Part shown: in pieces, positions 26,832 to 36,480 of the stretch
Layout of the letters: the number at the start of each line of letters is the position of its first letter
Numbering within the stretch: the first letter of the stretch is position 1
DNA from: an uncultured Candidatus Nemicrothrix sp.
GTDB taxonomy: Bacteria > Actinomycetota > Acidimicrobiia > Acidimicrobiales > Aldehydirespiratoraceae
DNA: 62,826 nt
Reading direction: 5' to 3'
Assembly (NCBI GenBank): GCA_964513285.1
Contig: CAZEML010000003.1
Location: 1-62,826 of the forward strand
Program-made: the position numbers and the translations under genes
Notes under the pieces: model-generated
Seen by the model: the letters and a program-made list of their open reading frames with translations, nothing else
What the model was told of the DNA's origin: nothing
The model's database searches: none

Positions 26832-28169
26832 ATGATACCAACACCGGTTCTGACGATTACTGGTCAGATGAACGCCATGCTCGAGTGGTTGCCGACCGGT
26901 GCGAACCTGCCGGATGAAGAGTTTGCCCGACGCCATCGGGTGGTGACGCTGGTCCTGCAGCTCCACATCCCGCTGTTGATCGGCGTCGGCCTGGTGAACG
27001 GTTTCAGCGTCGTCCACGTCGGCGCGGATGTCGCCTTCGTCGTCGCTCTGGTCGCGGTCGCCCGGATCGCCAAGGATCGGGTCGTCTCCAGCATGGCGGC
27101 CAGCCTGGGCCTCCTCGCCGGGGCCGCCGGCCTCATCCACCTCACCAACGGCGCGATCGAGGCGCACTTCCACATCTTCGTGCTGCTGGTGTTCGTGGCG
27201 TTGTACCAGGACTGGAAGGCACTCGGCGGCACGATCGTGTTCACGCTGGTTCATCACATCGGCGTCAGCCTCATCAGCCCTGACAGCGCGTTCAGCCACG
27301 ACGCCGCCCAGGCCAAGCCAGTGCTCTGGGCGCTGATCCACGCGGTCTTCGTCGTCTTCGAAGTCATCGGCATCCTCCTGCTCTGGAAGGTCACCGAGGA
27401 CGCCCAGGAGGCCTTCCACACGGCGAACGAAGAAGCCGCGCTCGAGGCGCTCCACGCCGAAGAACATCGCCGCGAGCTCGAGCACGAGCAGGCCGAGGAG
27501 GCTCGCGAGCGGGCCGAGGCGCTCGAGCGGGCGACCGCCTCGCTGCACGAGGAGGCGGCATCGGTCAAGGCCACCGCAACCTCACTCGAAGAGCAGGTGC
27601 TCTCCGTCGAGGCCCACGTGAACGACATGAGCACCGGCCTCGGCCAGATGAGCCACAAGGTGCAGCAGGCGAACGGTGCCGCCGGGGCCGGCGTCGCCTC
27701 CGCGACCGAGGCCGACGCCATCATGGAACGGCTCGCCACCGCCTCGTCGGAGATCGGCGAGATCATCAAGGTCATCTCGACCATCGCCGACCAGACGAAC
27801 CTGTTGGCGCTGAACGCGACCATCGAGGCCGCCCGCGCCGGCGAGTCCGGCCGTGGATTCGGCGTGGTCGCCGGCGAGGTGAAGGCCCTCGCGACCGAGA
27901 CCGGTTCGGCGACCGACGACATCGACACGATGGTCGCCGCTATCCGCGCCGCATCCGAGGACGCCGGCGCGGCCCTCGGCGGCATCCGCGACGCCATCGA
28001 TGAGATCAGCGTGACGCAGACCGAGATCGAGACCGGTTTCGTCGAGCAGGCGACGATCACCGAGAACCTCACGAGCGCGATCGGCCGAGTGTCGTCGGAC
28101 GCCTCTCGCATGTCGGAGACCGCCGACCAGCTCGTCCACCTCGTCGAAGACGCCCTGACCCACCAGTAA
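26832..28169 (+). CDS. Methyl-accepting chemotaxis-type signalling protein with a polytopic membrane N-domain
   Basis: Trimmed to ATG 26832. The C-terminus carries the MCP signalling core [37 protein letters not shown]. The N-terminus has about 5 TM helices rich in His. Confidence 0.8.
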   Translation: MIPTPVLTITGQMNAMLEWLPTGANLPDEEFARRHRVVTLVLQLHIPLLIGVGLVNGFSVVHVGADVAFVVALVAVARIAKDRVVSSMAASLGLLAGAAGLIHLTNGAIEAHFHIFVLLVFVALYQDWKALGGTIVFTLVHHIGVSLISPDSAFSHDAAQAKPVLWALIHAVFVVFEVIGILLLWKVTEDAQEAFHTANEEAALEALHAEEHRRELEHEQAEEARERAEALERATASLHEEAASVKATATSLEEQVLSVEAHVNDMSTGLGQMSHKVQQANGAAGAGVASATEADAIMERLATASSEIGEIIKVISTIADQTNLLALNATIEAARAGESGRGFGVVAGEVKALATETGSATDDIDTMVAAIRAASEDAGAALGGIRDAIDEISVTQTEIETGFVEQATITENLTSAIGRVSSDASRMSETADQLVHLVEDALTHQ

Positions 28170-28198
28170 CCCCACCCAGTAGGAGAGGGCCGCCGCCG

Positions 28199-29119
28199 TC
28201 AGCCGCGGAGACCCTGCAGCTGCTCCACGTGGGCGGGCAGGTGACGCGTCGCCTGGATGTCGATCGCGACCTGCGCCCACGGCATCGCTTGTTCCATCAC
28301 GACCTCGCCGTCGTGTTCGAAGTGGCCGGGGACCAGATGGGCCCGCTGTTCGTCGTCGAGCCGCCGGGCCGCGGCGATCGCCTGATCGGCGCACCGGCGG
28401 GCGAAGGCGGTCAGCGCCGCTCGATCGTCGAACCGGGCCACCAGCTGGTCGAGGTTGGACCGATCCTGGCAGGCGACGTTGTCGAACGTCGGTTCCCGGC
28501 GATGGATCAACGCATGTGCGACCGCCGTCAGGGCCAGGTCGTTCAACGCGATGTGAGCGATGACCTGATCGGCGGTCCAGCCGCCATCGGTCGGCTCGCC
28601 GAAGCCGCCACCATCCAGCTCGGCGAAGAACGCGGCGTATGACGCCTCCAGCTCATCGAGTCCGTCGCTGCCGACGTGCAGCTCGGCGCCATCGGCGAGA
28701 TGGTCGAGCACGTGACCCCACGCGGAGGGGCCGACATAGTCGCGACGGCGGGCGAGCCCATCCTCGCCGAAGGCCTCCCAGCCCCGATGGGTGACCTCGA
28801 CCCGCGTCCCGCCTTCGAGGGCGGCGAAGCTGATCTCGACCGTGCCGGACGCGCCGAGCTCGCGCCCCGGATGCCACTCGAGCACGAGGCGGTCAGGCGG
28901 CTGCCACACCGCGACCTCAGCCCAGACGCTCTCGCGCCCGTCGGTCGACCACTCGACCAGGCGGCCGTTGTCGAAGTGCACGCCGCCCGCGTCGGCCTGG
29001 AAGACGCTGTGGGTCGTGAGCGGCCACCAGGCCCCGATCTCCTCGGTGAAGATGCGGAAGGTGTCGTCGAGGGATCGAGCCACGACGGCCGAACGCAAGA
29101 CGGGTGGGATGGTGGTCAT
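28199..29119 (-). CDS. SRPBCC/AHSA1 - DinB-like fusion protein
   Basis: Trimmed to ATG 29119 (MTTIPPVLRSAVVARSLDDTFRIFTEEIGAWWP). The C-terminal half is a DinB/mycothiol-transferase-like helical bundle. There is a 4-nt overlap with the upstream ArsR gene. Confidence 0.7.
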   Translation of the reverse strand: MTTIPPVLRSAVVARSLDDTFRIFTEEIGAWWPLTTHSVFQADAGGVHFDNGRLVEWSTDGRESVWAEVAVWQPPDRLVLEWHPGRELGASGTVEISFAALEGGTRVEVTHRGWEAFGEDGLARRRDYVGPSAWGHVLDHLADGAELHVGSDGLDELEASYAAFFAELDGGGFGEPTDGGWTADQVIAHIALNDLALTAVAHALIHRREPTFDNVACQDRSNLDQLVARFDDRAALTAFARRCADQAIAAARRLDDEQRAHLVPGHFEHDGEVVMEQAMPWAQVAIDIQATRHLPAHVEQLQGLRG

Positions 29120-29424
29120 CGTGACTCCTCGTTTTCGGCGTGTTCGGTGAAGGCGGTGAGGACGTCGTCCCAGAACGAGTCGACCCACGCTCGGACCTCG
29201 CTGAGACCGTCGAGATCGACGGCATAGAGGTTGCGCGTGCCGACGGACTCGACGGTGACCAAGCCTGCGTCGCGCAGCACTCGGAGGTGCTGGGAGACAG
29301 CTCCCTGGGTGACCGGGAGCGCCTCGGTGAGTTCGCCGACGCTGCTCGCGCCACCACGCAAGAGGTGGAGCACGGCACGTCGAGTCGGGTTGCCGACGGC
29401 ATCCAACGCCGCTTCATAAGCCAT
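29116..29424 (-). CDS. ArsR/SmtB family transcriptional regulator
   Basis: 102 aa with DAVGNPTRRAVLHLLRGGASSVGELTEALPVTQGAVSQHLRVLRDAGLV. Confidence 0.85.
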   Translation of the reverse strand: MAYEAALDAVGNPTRRAVLHLLRGGASSVGELTEALPVTQGAVSQHLRVLRDAGLVTVESVGTRNLYAVDLDGLSEVRAWVDSFWDDVLTAFTEHAENEESR

Positions 29425-29426
29425 GA

Positions 29427-29450
29427 CTAATGATTAGCAGAAACTAATCA
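29427..29450. promoter_or_regulatory. AT-rich palindrome CTAAT-G-ATTAG with an ACTAAT repeat (putative ArsR operator)
   Basis: Read directly from the sequence. It sits immediately upstream of the ArsR start codon and is the most AT-rich 25 nt in this neighbourhood. Confidence 0.3.
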
Positions 29451-29561
29451 AGTGGGTCAAGAGGACCCCTGCAGGGCCACCGACCCAGGTGGACTAGGCC
29501 GCCGGTCACCTTCTGCTCAAGTTGCTCGCAGAACCGCACACCCGTCCTCCATGATGGGTTC

Positions 29562-30335
29562 ATGGCTGGGTGGGACCACATCCGAACGGACGGGCGGCCG
29601 GATCCGAGTGGCGGATTCCTCGACGCCCCCCTCGGGCTGTCCCGACTCGAAGCGTGGGCCCTCACCTCGGTCCGCCGCTACGGCACCAACGGCCACGTCC
29701 TTCGCGTCAGCATCGCGGTCGTCGCCGCGTCGATGCTGCTGACCGCGGTGATCATGGCGGTGACGTTCGGGCCGAGCTCGCCGTCGTTCTTCCCCGGGCT
29801 CGCGATCGGCACGTTGGTCCCCGCGATGGTCGCGCCGCCGGTCATCACGGTCGTGGCCCGGCTGGTCAGCCGCCTCGACGAAACCGGCCGCATGCTCGTC
29901 AACGCCGCGATCACCGATCCGCTGACCGGCGTCTACAACCGCCGAGGATTCTTCGAGGGGTTCGACGGCTCGATCAACACCGAACGCCTCTCGGTGGCGA
30001 TGGTCGACGTCGACGACTTCAAGCAGCTCAACGATCGCCACGGCCACCCGGAGGGCGACGCCATCCTCCGTCATGTGGCGACCTGGCTCGAGGCTCACGC
30101 CGAAGATCGCGGCACGGTCGCCCGACTCGGAGGCGACGAGTTCGTCATGGTGGCCCCGACCGAGATCATCGGCCGCCTCAACCCCTACGAGACCCTCACC
30201 GCCGCGTCGATCACCTATTCGGCCACCATCGGCATCGCGCCCGTCACCGAGACCGGCTTCCGCACCGCCCTCGCCGAAGCCGACGCCGACCTCTACCGCA
30301 ACAAGGCCCGCCGGCGTCGTCGCGACGAGCCCTAG
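29562..30335 (+). CDS. Membrane-anchored GGDEF diguanylate cyclase
   Basis: 257 aa with N-terminal TM helices, DPLTGVYNRRGF and an intact GGDEF motif (RLGGDEFVMV). The start is uncertain. Confidence 0.8.
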   Translation: MAGWDHIRTDGRPDPSGGFLDAPLGLSRLEAWALTSVRRYGTNGHVLRVSIAVVAASMLLTAVIMAVTFGPSSPSFFPGLAIGTLVPAMVAPPVITVVARLVSRLDETGRMLVNAAITDPLTGVYNRRGFFEGFDGSINTERLSVAMVDVDDFKQLNDRHGHPEGDAILRHVATWLEAHAEDRGTVARLGGDEFVMVAPTEIIGRLNPYETLTAASITYSATIGIAPVTETGFRTALAEADADLYRNKARRRRRDEP

Positions 30336-30362
30336 GTCAGCGCCGGACCCCGCAGGCGACGC

Positions 30363-31142
30363 TCAGCCCGGCTTCTGGGCCCGCAGGTGATGCGGGCAGT
30401 GCTCACCTGAGTCCACGACGATCACCATCGCAGCCCAGGTCTCGATCTGGCGGGCGACCTCTTCGGGCGGCACGATCGATTCGAAGACCGGCCGCTCCGG
30501 CCCCGACAAGCGGGCCAACTCCTCGCGCGCCAACGTGCGATACCAGGCGTTGCGGTTGTCGAGCTCGACGGCGATGAAGCCGGCCGAACGCAGCGCCTCG
30601 CCGTAGGTCGACGGCGATGCCATGCCGAACCCGAGATCTTCCTTGCGCAGGTAGTCCTGCATCTCCGGCGACGGTTCGCCGTCGTGGGCGATCAACCAGT
30701 CCGACGCGATGAACCAGCCACCAGGTCGCAGCACGCGGAACACCTCGGCCGCGAGCGCGACCTTGTCCGGGATGTGGACGATCGAGTCCTTGGAGAACAC
30801 GACGTCGAACGAGTCGTCGTCGAACGGCAGTGGACCTGGCTCGACGAGGCGGATCTCGACGCGGTCACCGACTTCGGCGGCGGCGACCCGAGCAGATGCA
30901 CGTGCGCGCCCCGGCTCCTCGACGTCGATCCCGATGACCTTGCCCGCGCCGTGATCGGCCGCCAGGGCGATCGTCGCGCCGGCCGCGCCGCAACCGATGT
31001 CGAGCACGGTCGCGCCAGCGAGATCGAGGTCGCCGACGATCCGAGCCACCTCGTCGGGCCCGCCCGGCGACATGAACCCTTCACCCCACAGGTGTTCGAG
31101 GAAGGCGATGCTCTCGTCGTCGTAGTGCAGCTCGGCGCTCAT
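30363..31142 (-). CDS. Class I SAM-dependent methyltransferase (phosphoethanolamine N-methyltransferase-like)
   Basis: Trimmed to ATG 31142 (MSAELHYDDESIAFLEHLWGEGFMSPGG). SAM motif VLDIGCGAAG. Confidence 0.8.
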   Translation of the reverse strand: MSAELHYDDESIAFLEHLWGEGFMSPGGPDEVARIVGDLDLAGATVLDIGCGAAGATIALAADHGAGKVIGIDVEEPGRARASARVAAAEVGDRVEIRLVEPGPLPFDDDSFDVVFSKDSIVHIPDKVALAAEVFRVLRPGGWFIASDWLIAHDGEPSPEMQDYLRKEDLGFGMASPSTYGEALRSAGFIAVELDNRNAWYRTLAREELARLSGPERPVFESIVPPEEVARQIETWAAMVIVVDSGEHCPHHLRAQKPG

Positions 31143-31567
31143 GTCAGCTGCGACCTCGGCCGGTACGCGGATTCCCCGGCGAGCACGACCAGGTAGCCGT
31201 CGGGGTCGCGCACCCAGAGCTCCTGTTGCTTGGCGTTCGGGTTCTCGTGCACGTCGCGTTCGACCGGGGCGCCGGCGGCCTTCGCCCGGGCCACCGTCGC
31301 GTCGAAGTCGGCGACCTCGAACCACACCAGCACACCATTCCCCCGCGCCTCCGCGACATCGACCAACGGCCCGTGGTGATCGTCGGTTCCGTCGTCGTGC
31401 AGCTGCATCACGATCTCGCCGTCGTGCAACAACTGCTCGTATTCATCGCCGCCGTGGCCGCTCTCGAGCCCGACGACGTCGCAGTAGAAGCGACTCGACC
31501 GTTCGACGTCGGAGACCACCAACATGTGCTGAGACCAGATCGAAGGCATGGTGCGATGGTCGCGCAC
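31139..31567 (-). CDS. VOC/glyoxalase family protein
   Basis: 142 aa with MLVVSDVERSSRFYCDVVGLE. An alternative start is at 31549 (MPSIW). Confidence 0.75.
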   Translation of the reverse strand: MRDHRTMPSIWSQHMLVVSDVERSSRFYCDVVGLESGHGGDEYEQLLHDGEIVMQLHDDGTDDHHGPLVDVAEARGNGVLVWFEVADFDATVARAKAAGAPVERDVHENPNAKQQELWVRDPDGYLVVLAGESAYRPRSQLT

Positions 31568-31609
31568 CGACCCGGCCCCGACCAGCGCTCACCGGTACGA
31601 TCCGTCGCC

Positions 31610-32428
31610 GTGACCGACACGCTTCGCCTGGCGACCTGGAACCTGTGGTGGCGCCACGGCGATCTCGACGCTCGAGCGCCGGCGATCCTCGAGACGATTC
31701 GATCGGTCGACCCCGACGTCATCGGAATGCAGGAGGTCTGTTCCCGCGACCCCGACCAAGTGGCGTGGCTTCGAGACGAGTTGGGCCTCCACGTCGTGGC
31801 GGCGCCCGGCGGAGACGAGGACCGCTTCACCATCGTGAACGCGATCGCATCACGCTGGCCGATCCTCGAGTCGGACTGGCGCTTTCTCGACGTCGGCGAC
31901 CAACCAAAGCATCGAACCGTGCTCTGGGCCCGCGTCGACACCCCGTATGGCCCGTGGGATGTCTTCACCACCCATCTCTCCCACGGCTTCCACCAGAGCG
32001 CGCTGCGCTCCCGACAGCTCGACGAGATCGCGGGATGGGTCGGCGAGCGACGCCGACTCGACCGCGACCCACTCCTGCCGCCGGTCGTGGTCGGCGACCT
32101 CAACGCCGTCCCCGACAGCGACGAGATCCGCCGCCTCACCGGACGGAGCGATCCTGCGGTCGGCGGCCTGGTCTTCAGCGATGCCTGGGAACTGGTCGGC
32201 GACGGACCGGGCGAGACCTACTCCGAGGCAAACCCGTACGTGAACGATTCGGCCTGGCCCGAGCGTCGTCTCGACTATGTGATGGTGTCGTGGCCCCGGC
32301 GGCGCCCCAACGGCAACCCGATACGCGCCACCCGGTTCGGGTTCGATGCCGTCGACGGCACGGTCCCGTCGGATCACTGGGGCGTGGTCGTCGACCTCGC
32401 CGTCTCCCCTGTCGCACCCGACCGATAG
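31610..32428 (+). CDS. Endonuclease/exonuclease/phosphatase (EEP) family protein
   Basis: Start is GTG 31610 (VTDTLRLATWNLWW...), with an alternative ATG at 31556. Carries GMQEV, GDLN and the C-terminal SDHWGV catalytic motifs. Confidence 0.75.
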   Translation: MTDTLRLATWNLWWRHGDLDARAPAILETIRSVDPDVIGMQEVCSRDPDQVAWLRDELGLHVVAAPGGDEDRFTIVNAIASRWPILESDWRFLDVGDQPKHRTVLWARVDTPYGPWDVFTTHLSHGFHQSALRSRQLDEIAGWVGERRRLDRDPLLPPVVVGDLNAVPDSDEIRRLTGRSDPAVGGLVFSDAWELVGDGPGETYSEANPYVNDSAWPERRLDYVMVSWPRRRPNGNPIRATRFGFDAVDGTVPSDHWGVVVDLAVSPVAPDR

Positions 32429-32437
32429 GTTCCACCC

Positions 32438-33127
32438 ATGCGCCGCGCCGAGAAAGCCGATCGGATCGGGGAGATCCTCGACGACCTCTACCCGAAGCCG
32501 CCGATCCCCCTCGACCACACCGACCCGTACACCCTCCTCGTCGCGGTCGCCTTGTCGGCCCAGACCACCGACAAGAAGGTCAACGAGGTCACGCCCGCGT
32601 TGTTCGCCGCCGCGAGCACTCCCGAGGAGATGGCGGCACTCCCGCCCGACGAGATCCTCGGCTACATCAAAGAGGTCGGCCTCGCCCCGACCAAGGCCAA
32701 GAACCTCTCGACGATGGCGCACCAGATCCTCGACGGGCCCGGCGAGGTCATCCCCGACTGGGAGTTCCTCGAGTCGCTCGCGGGGGTGGGCCACAAGACG
32801 GCGAGCGTCGTGATGGCGCAGTCGTTCGACGTGCCGTCGTTCCCGGTCGACACCCACATCCATCGGCTCGCCGATCGGTGGGGGCTCTCCAACGGCACCA
32901 CGGTCGAGAAGACCGAGCGCGATCTCAAGGCGGTGTTCCCGGAGGAGACCTGGAATCGGCGCCACCTGCAGATCATCTTCTTCGGCCGCGAGTACTGCCC
33001 GGCCCGCAACCACGACATGACGGCTTGCCCGATCTGCGCCTGGGCCGCCACCAAGAAGCGCATCCAGTCCGAGGCCAAAGCTAAGCCGGCCAAGAAGGCG
33101 ACCAAGAAGAAGGCCGCCAAACGCTGA
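32438..33127 (+). CDS. nth: Endonuclease III (DNA glycosylase/AP lyase)
   Basis: 229 aa with HhH-GPD (LAGVGHKTASVVM), catalytic Lys/Asp context, a C-terminal Cys cluster and a Lys-rich tail. Confidence 0.85.
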   Translation: MRRAEKADRIGEILDDLYPKPPIPLDHTDPYTLLVAVALSAQTTDKKVNEVTPALFAAASTPEEMAALPPDEILGYIKEVGLAPTKAKNLSTMAHQILDGPGEVIPDWEFLESLAGVGHKTASVVMAQSFDVPSFPVDTHIHRLADRWGLSNGTTVEKTERDLKAVFPEETWNRRHLQIIFFGREYCPARNHDMTACPICAWAATKKRIQSEAKAKPAKKATKKKAAKR

Positions 33128-33131
33128 ACGG

Positions 33132-33974
33132 TCAGCCGTCCGAGGCGCTCAACCGTGCGGCGATCTCCTGCAGCCGGATCACCTGCTGGATGAACAACGG
33201 GAGAGCGATGATCGCCTCGATGTACTGGAAGACGTAGATGATCGTCGAGAAGGCGAAGCCGTAGTCCGTCTCACCAGGCTCGATGACCTCGAGCGGCGCG
33301 TAGACCAGGAGGGCGATCACGCCCAGCCAGATGACGACATAGTTGACCGTCTCGAGGTCAGACAGGCGACGGTTCCAACGCATCAGCAGGCCGAAGTGCT
33401 GACCAATGGCACGGCGATCGAAGCTGTCGATCACCTCGACCTGTCGCTCGAGCTCGTCGTTGTAGCCGCGGTTCAGATCGAAGTTGCGTCCGGCGGTCAG
33501 CCAGTAGGTGACGATCAACAGCACCAACACACCGAGGCAAGCGAGAAGGACGTTGGCGTTCAGCCCGCCGATGATGATCAGAATGCCGACCGTGCCGATC
33601 GTGGCGCTGATGATCTCTGGCATCGAGTCCTCGAGGAAGTCGACGAGTTCCCCGAGCAAGGACGTCCGAGCAGCGATCCGAGTGGTCTCGGCCCCCCGAG
33701 CCCGCTCCTGCTCGACCATCTCGGCAGACACGATCTCGAACATGCCCGCGTACGCACGCGTGTCAACGAATCGCCGGACACTGCCGATGATGAGCGCGGC
33801 CACACCGAGCCCAGCAAGCGCGATCAGGCCGCGGGTGCGATCCTCGAGGAGATCGTTGATGGCGAACCCGAGGAACAGCGGAAGCAGGACCTCGATCACC
33901 GCTTCCACGAGGACCAGGCCGATCGTCACCCCCACGCGAAGCGGAAACCGGCGGACGAGACCCAGCAGACTCAT
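33132..33974 (-). CDS. ABC-transporter-type six-TM domain protein (no ATPase domain)
   Basis: 280 aa, polytopic, resembling an ABC exporter TMD. Overlaps the upstream TetR gene by 4 nt. Confidence 0.55.
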   Translation of the reverse strand: MSLLGLVRRFPLRVGVTIGLVLVEAVIEVLLPLFLGFAINDLLEDRTRGLIALAGLGVAALIIGSVRRFVDTRAYAGMFEIVSAEMVEQERARGAETTRIAARTSLLGELVDFLEDSMPEIISATIGTVGILIIIGGLNANVLLACLGVLVLLIVTYWLTAGRNFDLNRGYNDELERQVEVIDSFDRRAIGQHFGLLMRWNRRLSDLETVNYVVIWLGVIALLVYAPLEVIEPGETDYGFAFSTIIYVFQYIEAIIALPLFIQQVIRLQEIAARLSASDG

Positions 33975-34555
33975 GTGAGATCATCGAGGCCGGCGAGGAC
34001 GTCGAACGCTTCGCCGATCAGGTCGCCGAGAGACGCCGAGCCATCCGCTCGTTGCCACCGATCGAACGCGACATCGAGGGCACGCATGGCAGCGCCAGCC
34101 AGGATGGGCGCCGCGTGCCGTTGGGCCGGTGACAGCACGAACTCGAGCTCTGCACTGATGGCCTGCGTGTCCCGGTAGTCCGCCTCGGCTGCAGCGGTGT
34201 GGACCGCCTCGGTTTCACAGATGTAGCGCACCCGGCGGAGCTGGAAGTCGAGATCCTTCTCGTACCGGTCCCCCAGCTCCTCGACGAAGACGGCCCGGAG
34301 GGCGCGGAGCGGAGGGAGATCACTGAGGGCCCGAACGAATGCCGCATCGAATGCGTTGTCGTCGTGTTCGTCCCAGAGGACGATGGCTTCCTTGGTCTCG
34401 AAGTGGCGATAGATGGTCGAGGCGGCCATCCCGACCGTTTCGGCGATCTCGGCGACGGTCACCGACTCGAAGCCTTGCGCCTCGAAGAGGTCGAGTGCCG
34501 CACGTTGGGTGGTGCGCATCGCGTTGTGTCGATTGCGTTCCCGAAGTGACCGCAT
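33971..34555 (-). CDS. TetR/AcrR family transcriptional regulator
   Basis: 194 aa with HTH AALDLFEAQGFESVTVAEIAETVGMAASTIYRHFETKE. Confidence 0.85.
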   Translation of the reverse strand: MRSLRERNRHNAMRTTQRAALDLFEAQGFESVTVAEIAETVGMAASTIYRHFETKEAIVLWDEHDDNAFDAAFVRALSDLPPLRALRAVFVEELGDRYEKDLDFQLRRVRYICETEAVHTAAAEADYRDTQAISAELEFVLSPAQRHAAPILAGAAMRALDVAFDRWQRADGSASLGDLIGEAFDVLAGLDDLT

Positions 34556-34579
34556 ACGAAAACGCTATCAAGATCCTAC

Positions 34580-35491
34580 TTGAGAATGATGCTGAATATC
34601 GGAGTCACTCCTATCTTTCAGTTCGTGACTGACATCATCGCAACGACCGCCGAACTCTTCGAAGCCCTGTTCATCCCGATCCTGCTGATCGAGTTCGTGT
34701 GGCTCCAGCGCCGAGGACACCTGCGCTGGGGGCGCATCAAGGAGATGCTCGGCAACGTCGGCGCCTTCCTGCTCTTCATCCCCGCGGCGATCGTCGGCGC
34801 CATGATCTGGCTGGGGATCTTCGGCGCGATCAGCGACGCGCTCCCCTGGTCGATCCCGACGAACGTCGGCACGGCCGTCCTCGCGATCGTCCTGGCCGAC
34901 CTCATCTACTACCTCGAGCACCGCTTCGAGCACGAGCACCGGCTGCCCTGGGACGCCTGGCACTCGGTGCACCACAGCTCCCCCGAGTTCGACCAGACCA
35001 CGAGCCTGCGTCTCGGGATCTTCGACGGACTGATCACCACCGTGTTCAGCCTGCCGCTGGTGCTCGCCGGCTTCTCCCCCGTGCTCGTCTTGGCGGCGAC
35101 CGGCCTGGTCGTGGGCTACCAGACCTGGATCCACACCGAGACGATCACGAAGATGCCCCGCTGGTTCGAGGCCGTCTTCAACACGCCGTCGCATCACCGC
35201 GCTCACCACGGCGCCGACGAGCACTATCTCGACGTCAACTACGGCGGCATCCTGATCATCTGGGATCGCCTGTTCGGCACCTTCCGGGCCGAGACGAACC
35301 GGCCCGAGTACGGCCTGACGACCCAGATCGAGTCGGCCAACCCACTCGACATCCAGTTCTCCCAGCTCAAGCTCCTGGCCCGCGACCTCCGCCGCGACAG
35401 CGACTGGGGCACTCGTCTCCGCCGCCTGTGGAACCGTCCCGGTTGGGAACCGACCGAGAGGGCAACGGCCACCAGCGCTGCGTCGGCATGA
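34580..35491 (+). CDS. Sterol desaturase / fatty acid hydroxylase family membrane protein
   Basis: 303 aa with histidine boxes HRFEHEH, HSVHH and HHRAHH. Confidence 0.8.
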   Translation: MRMMLNIGVTPIFQFVTDIIATTAELFEALFIPILLIEFVWLQRRGHLRWGRIKEMLGNVGAFLLFIPAAIVGAMIWLGIFGAISDALPWSIPTNVGTAVLAIVLADLIYYLEHRFEHEHRLPWDAWHSVHHSSPEFDQTTSLRLGIFDGLITTVFSLPLVLAGFSPVLVLAATGLVVGYQTWIHTETITKMPRWFEAVFNTPSHHRAHHGADEHYLDVNYGGILIIWDRLFGTFRAETNRPEYGLTTQIESANPLDIQFSQLKLLARDLRRDSDWGTRLRRLWNRPGWEPTERATATSAASA

Positions 35492-35559
35492 CAAATCTCA
35501 TGGACGTCTGCTGACGCATCGCACTGGGTCCAGCGTCGCGCACAGCGCACGCTGGACCC

Positions 35560-36480
35560 ATGACAACGACGATTCAACTCCGAGGCCTGCAGAAGCGCTT
35601 CGGCAACGACGCCAACGTTCGGCCGGCGGTCGACGGCATCGATCTCGACATTCGCAGCGGGGAGGTCGTGGCACTGCTCGGCCCCAACGGCGCGGGCAAG
35701 ACGACCACACTCGACATGATCCTCGGCTTCACCGCGCCGACCGCCGGCCACGTCGAGGTCCTCGGGGGCTCGCCTACCCAGGCGATCCGCGACGGTCGGG
35801 TGGCCGCCGTACTCCAGACCGGCGGCCTCCTGCGCGATCTCCGAGTCCGCGAGACCGTCGAACTGATCGCCTCCACCTACCGCATCCACCCTCCGGCCGA
35901 CGACGTGATGGCGCGGGCCGGGATCGACGGCATCGGCGACCAACAGGTCCAGTCCTGTTCGGGTGGCGAGCAACAGCGGTTGCGGTTCGCCCTGGCGCTG
36001 CTCGCCGATCCCGAACTCCTGATCCTCGACGAGCCGACGACCGGGATGGACGTCGGCGCCCGTCAGGAGTTCTGGCAGGCGATGCACGCCGAAGCCGACG
36101 GTGGTCGAACGATCGTCTTCGCCACCCACTATCTCGAAGAGGCCGAGCACTTCGCTCAGCGAACCGTTCTCCTCGCCCGCGGTCGGGTCGTCGCCGACGG
36201 ACCCACCGAGCGCATCCGCAGCCATGTCGGCGGCCGAACCGTGCGAGCGACCCTGCCGGAGTCGAGCCCGTCCACCGCTGTCGACGACCTGCGGTCGCTC
36301 GACGACGTGACCGATCTCCGCATCCACGGCAGTCGCGTGGACATCGTGACCGCCGACTCCGATCGCATCGCTCGGCTCCTCCTCGACGCCGGCGCCCATG
36401 ACCTCGAGATCGAGGCCGCCTCGCTCGAACACGCCTTCCTCGCCCTCACCACCGATACCGACCAGCCCATCGGAGCCTGA
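35560..36480 (+). CDS. ABC transporter ATP-binding protein (ABC-2/DrrA-like)
   Basis: 306 aa with Walker A GPNGAGKTT, signature CSGGEQQRL and Walker B LLILDEPTTG. Confidence 0.9.
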   Translation: MTTTIQLRGLQKRFGNDANVRPAVDGIDLDIRSGEVVALLGPNGAGKTTTLDMILGFTAPTAGHVEVLGGSPTQAIRDGRVAAVLQTGGLLRDLRVRETVELIASTYRIHPPADDVMARAGIDGIGDQQVQSCSGGEQQRLRFALALLADPELLILDEPTTGMDVGARQEFWQAMHAEADGGRTIVFATHYLEEAEHFAQRTVLLARGRVVADGPTERIRSHVGGRTVRATLPESSPSTAVDDLRSLDDVTDLRIHGSRVDIVTADSDRIARLLLDAGAHDLEIEAASLEHAFLALTTDTDQPIGA

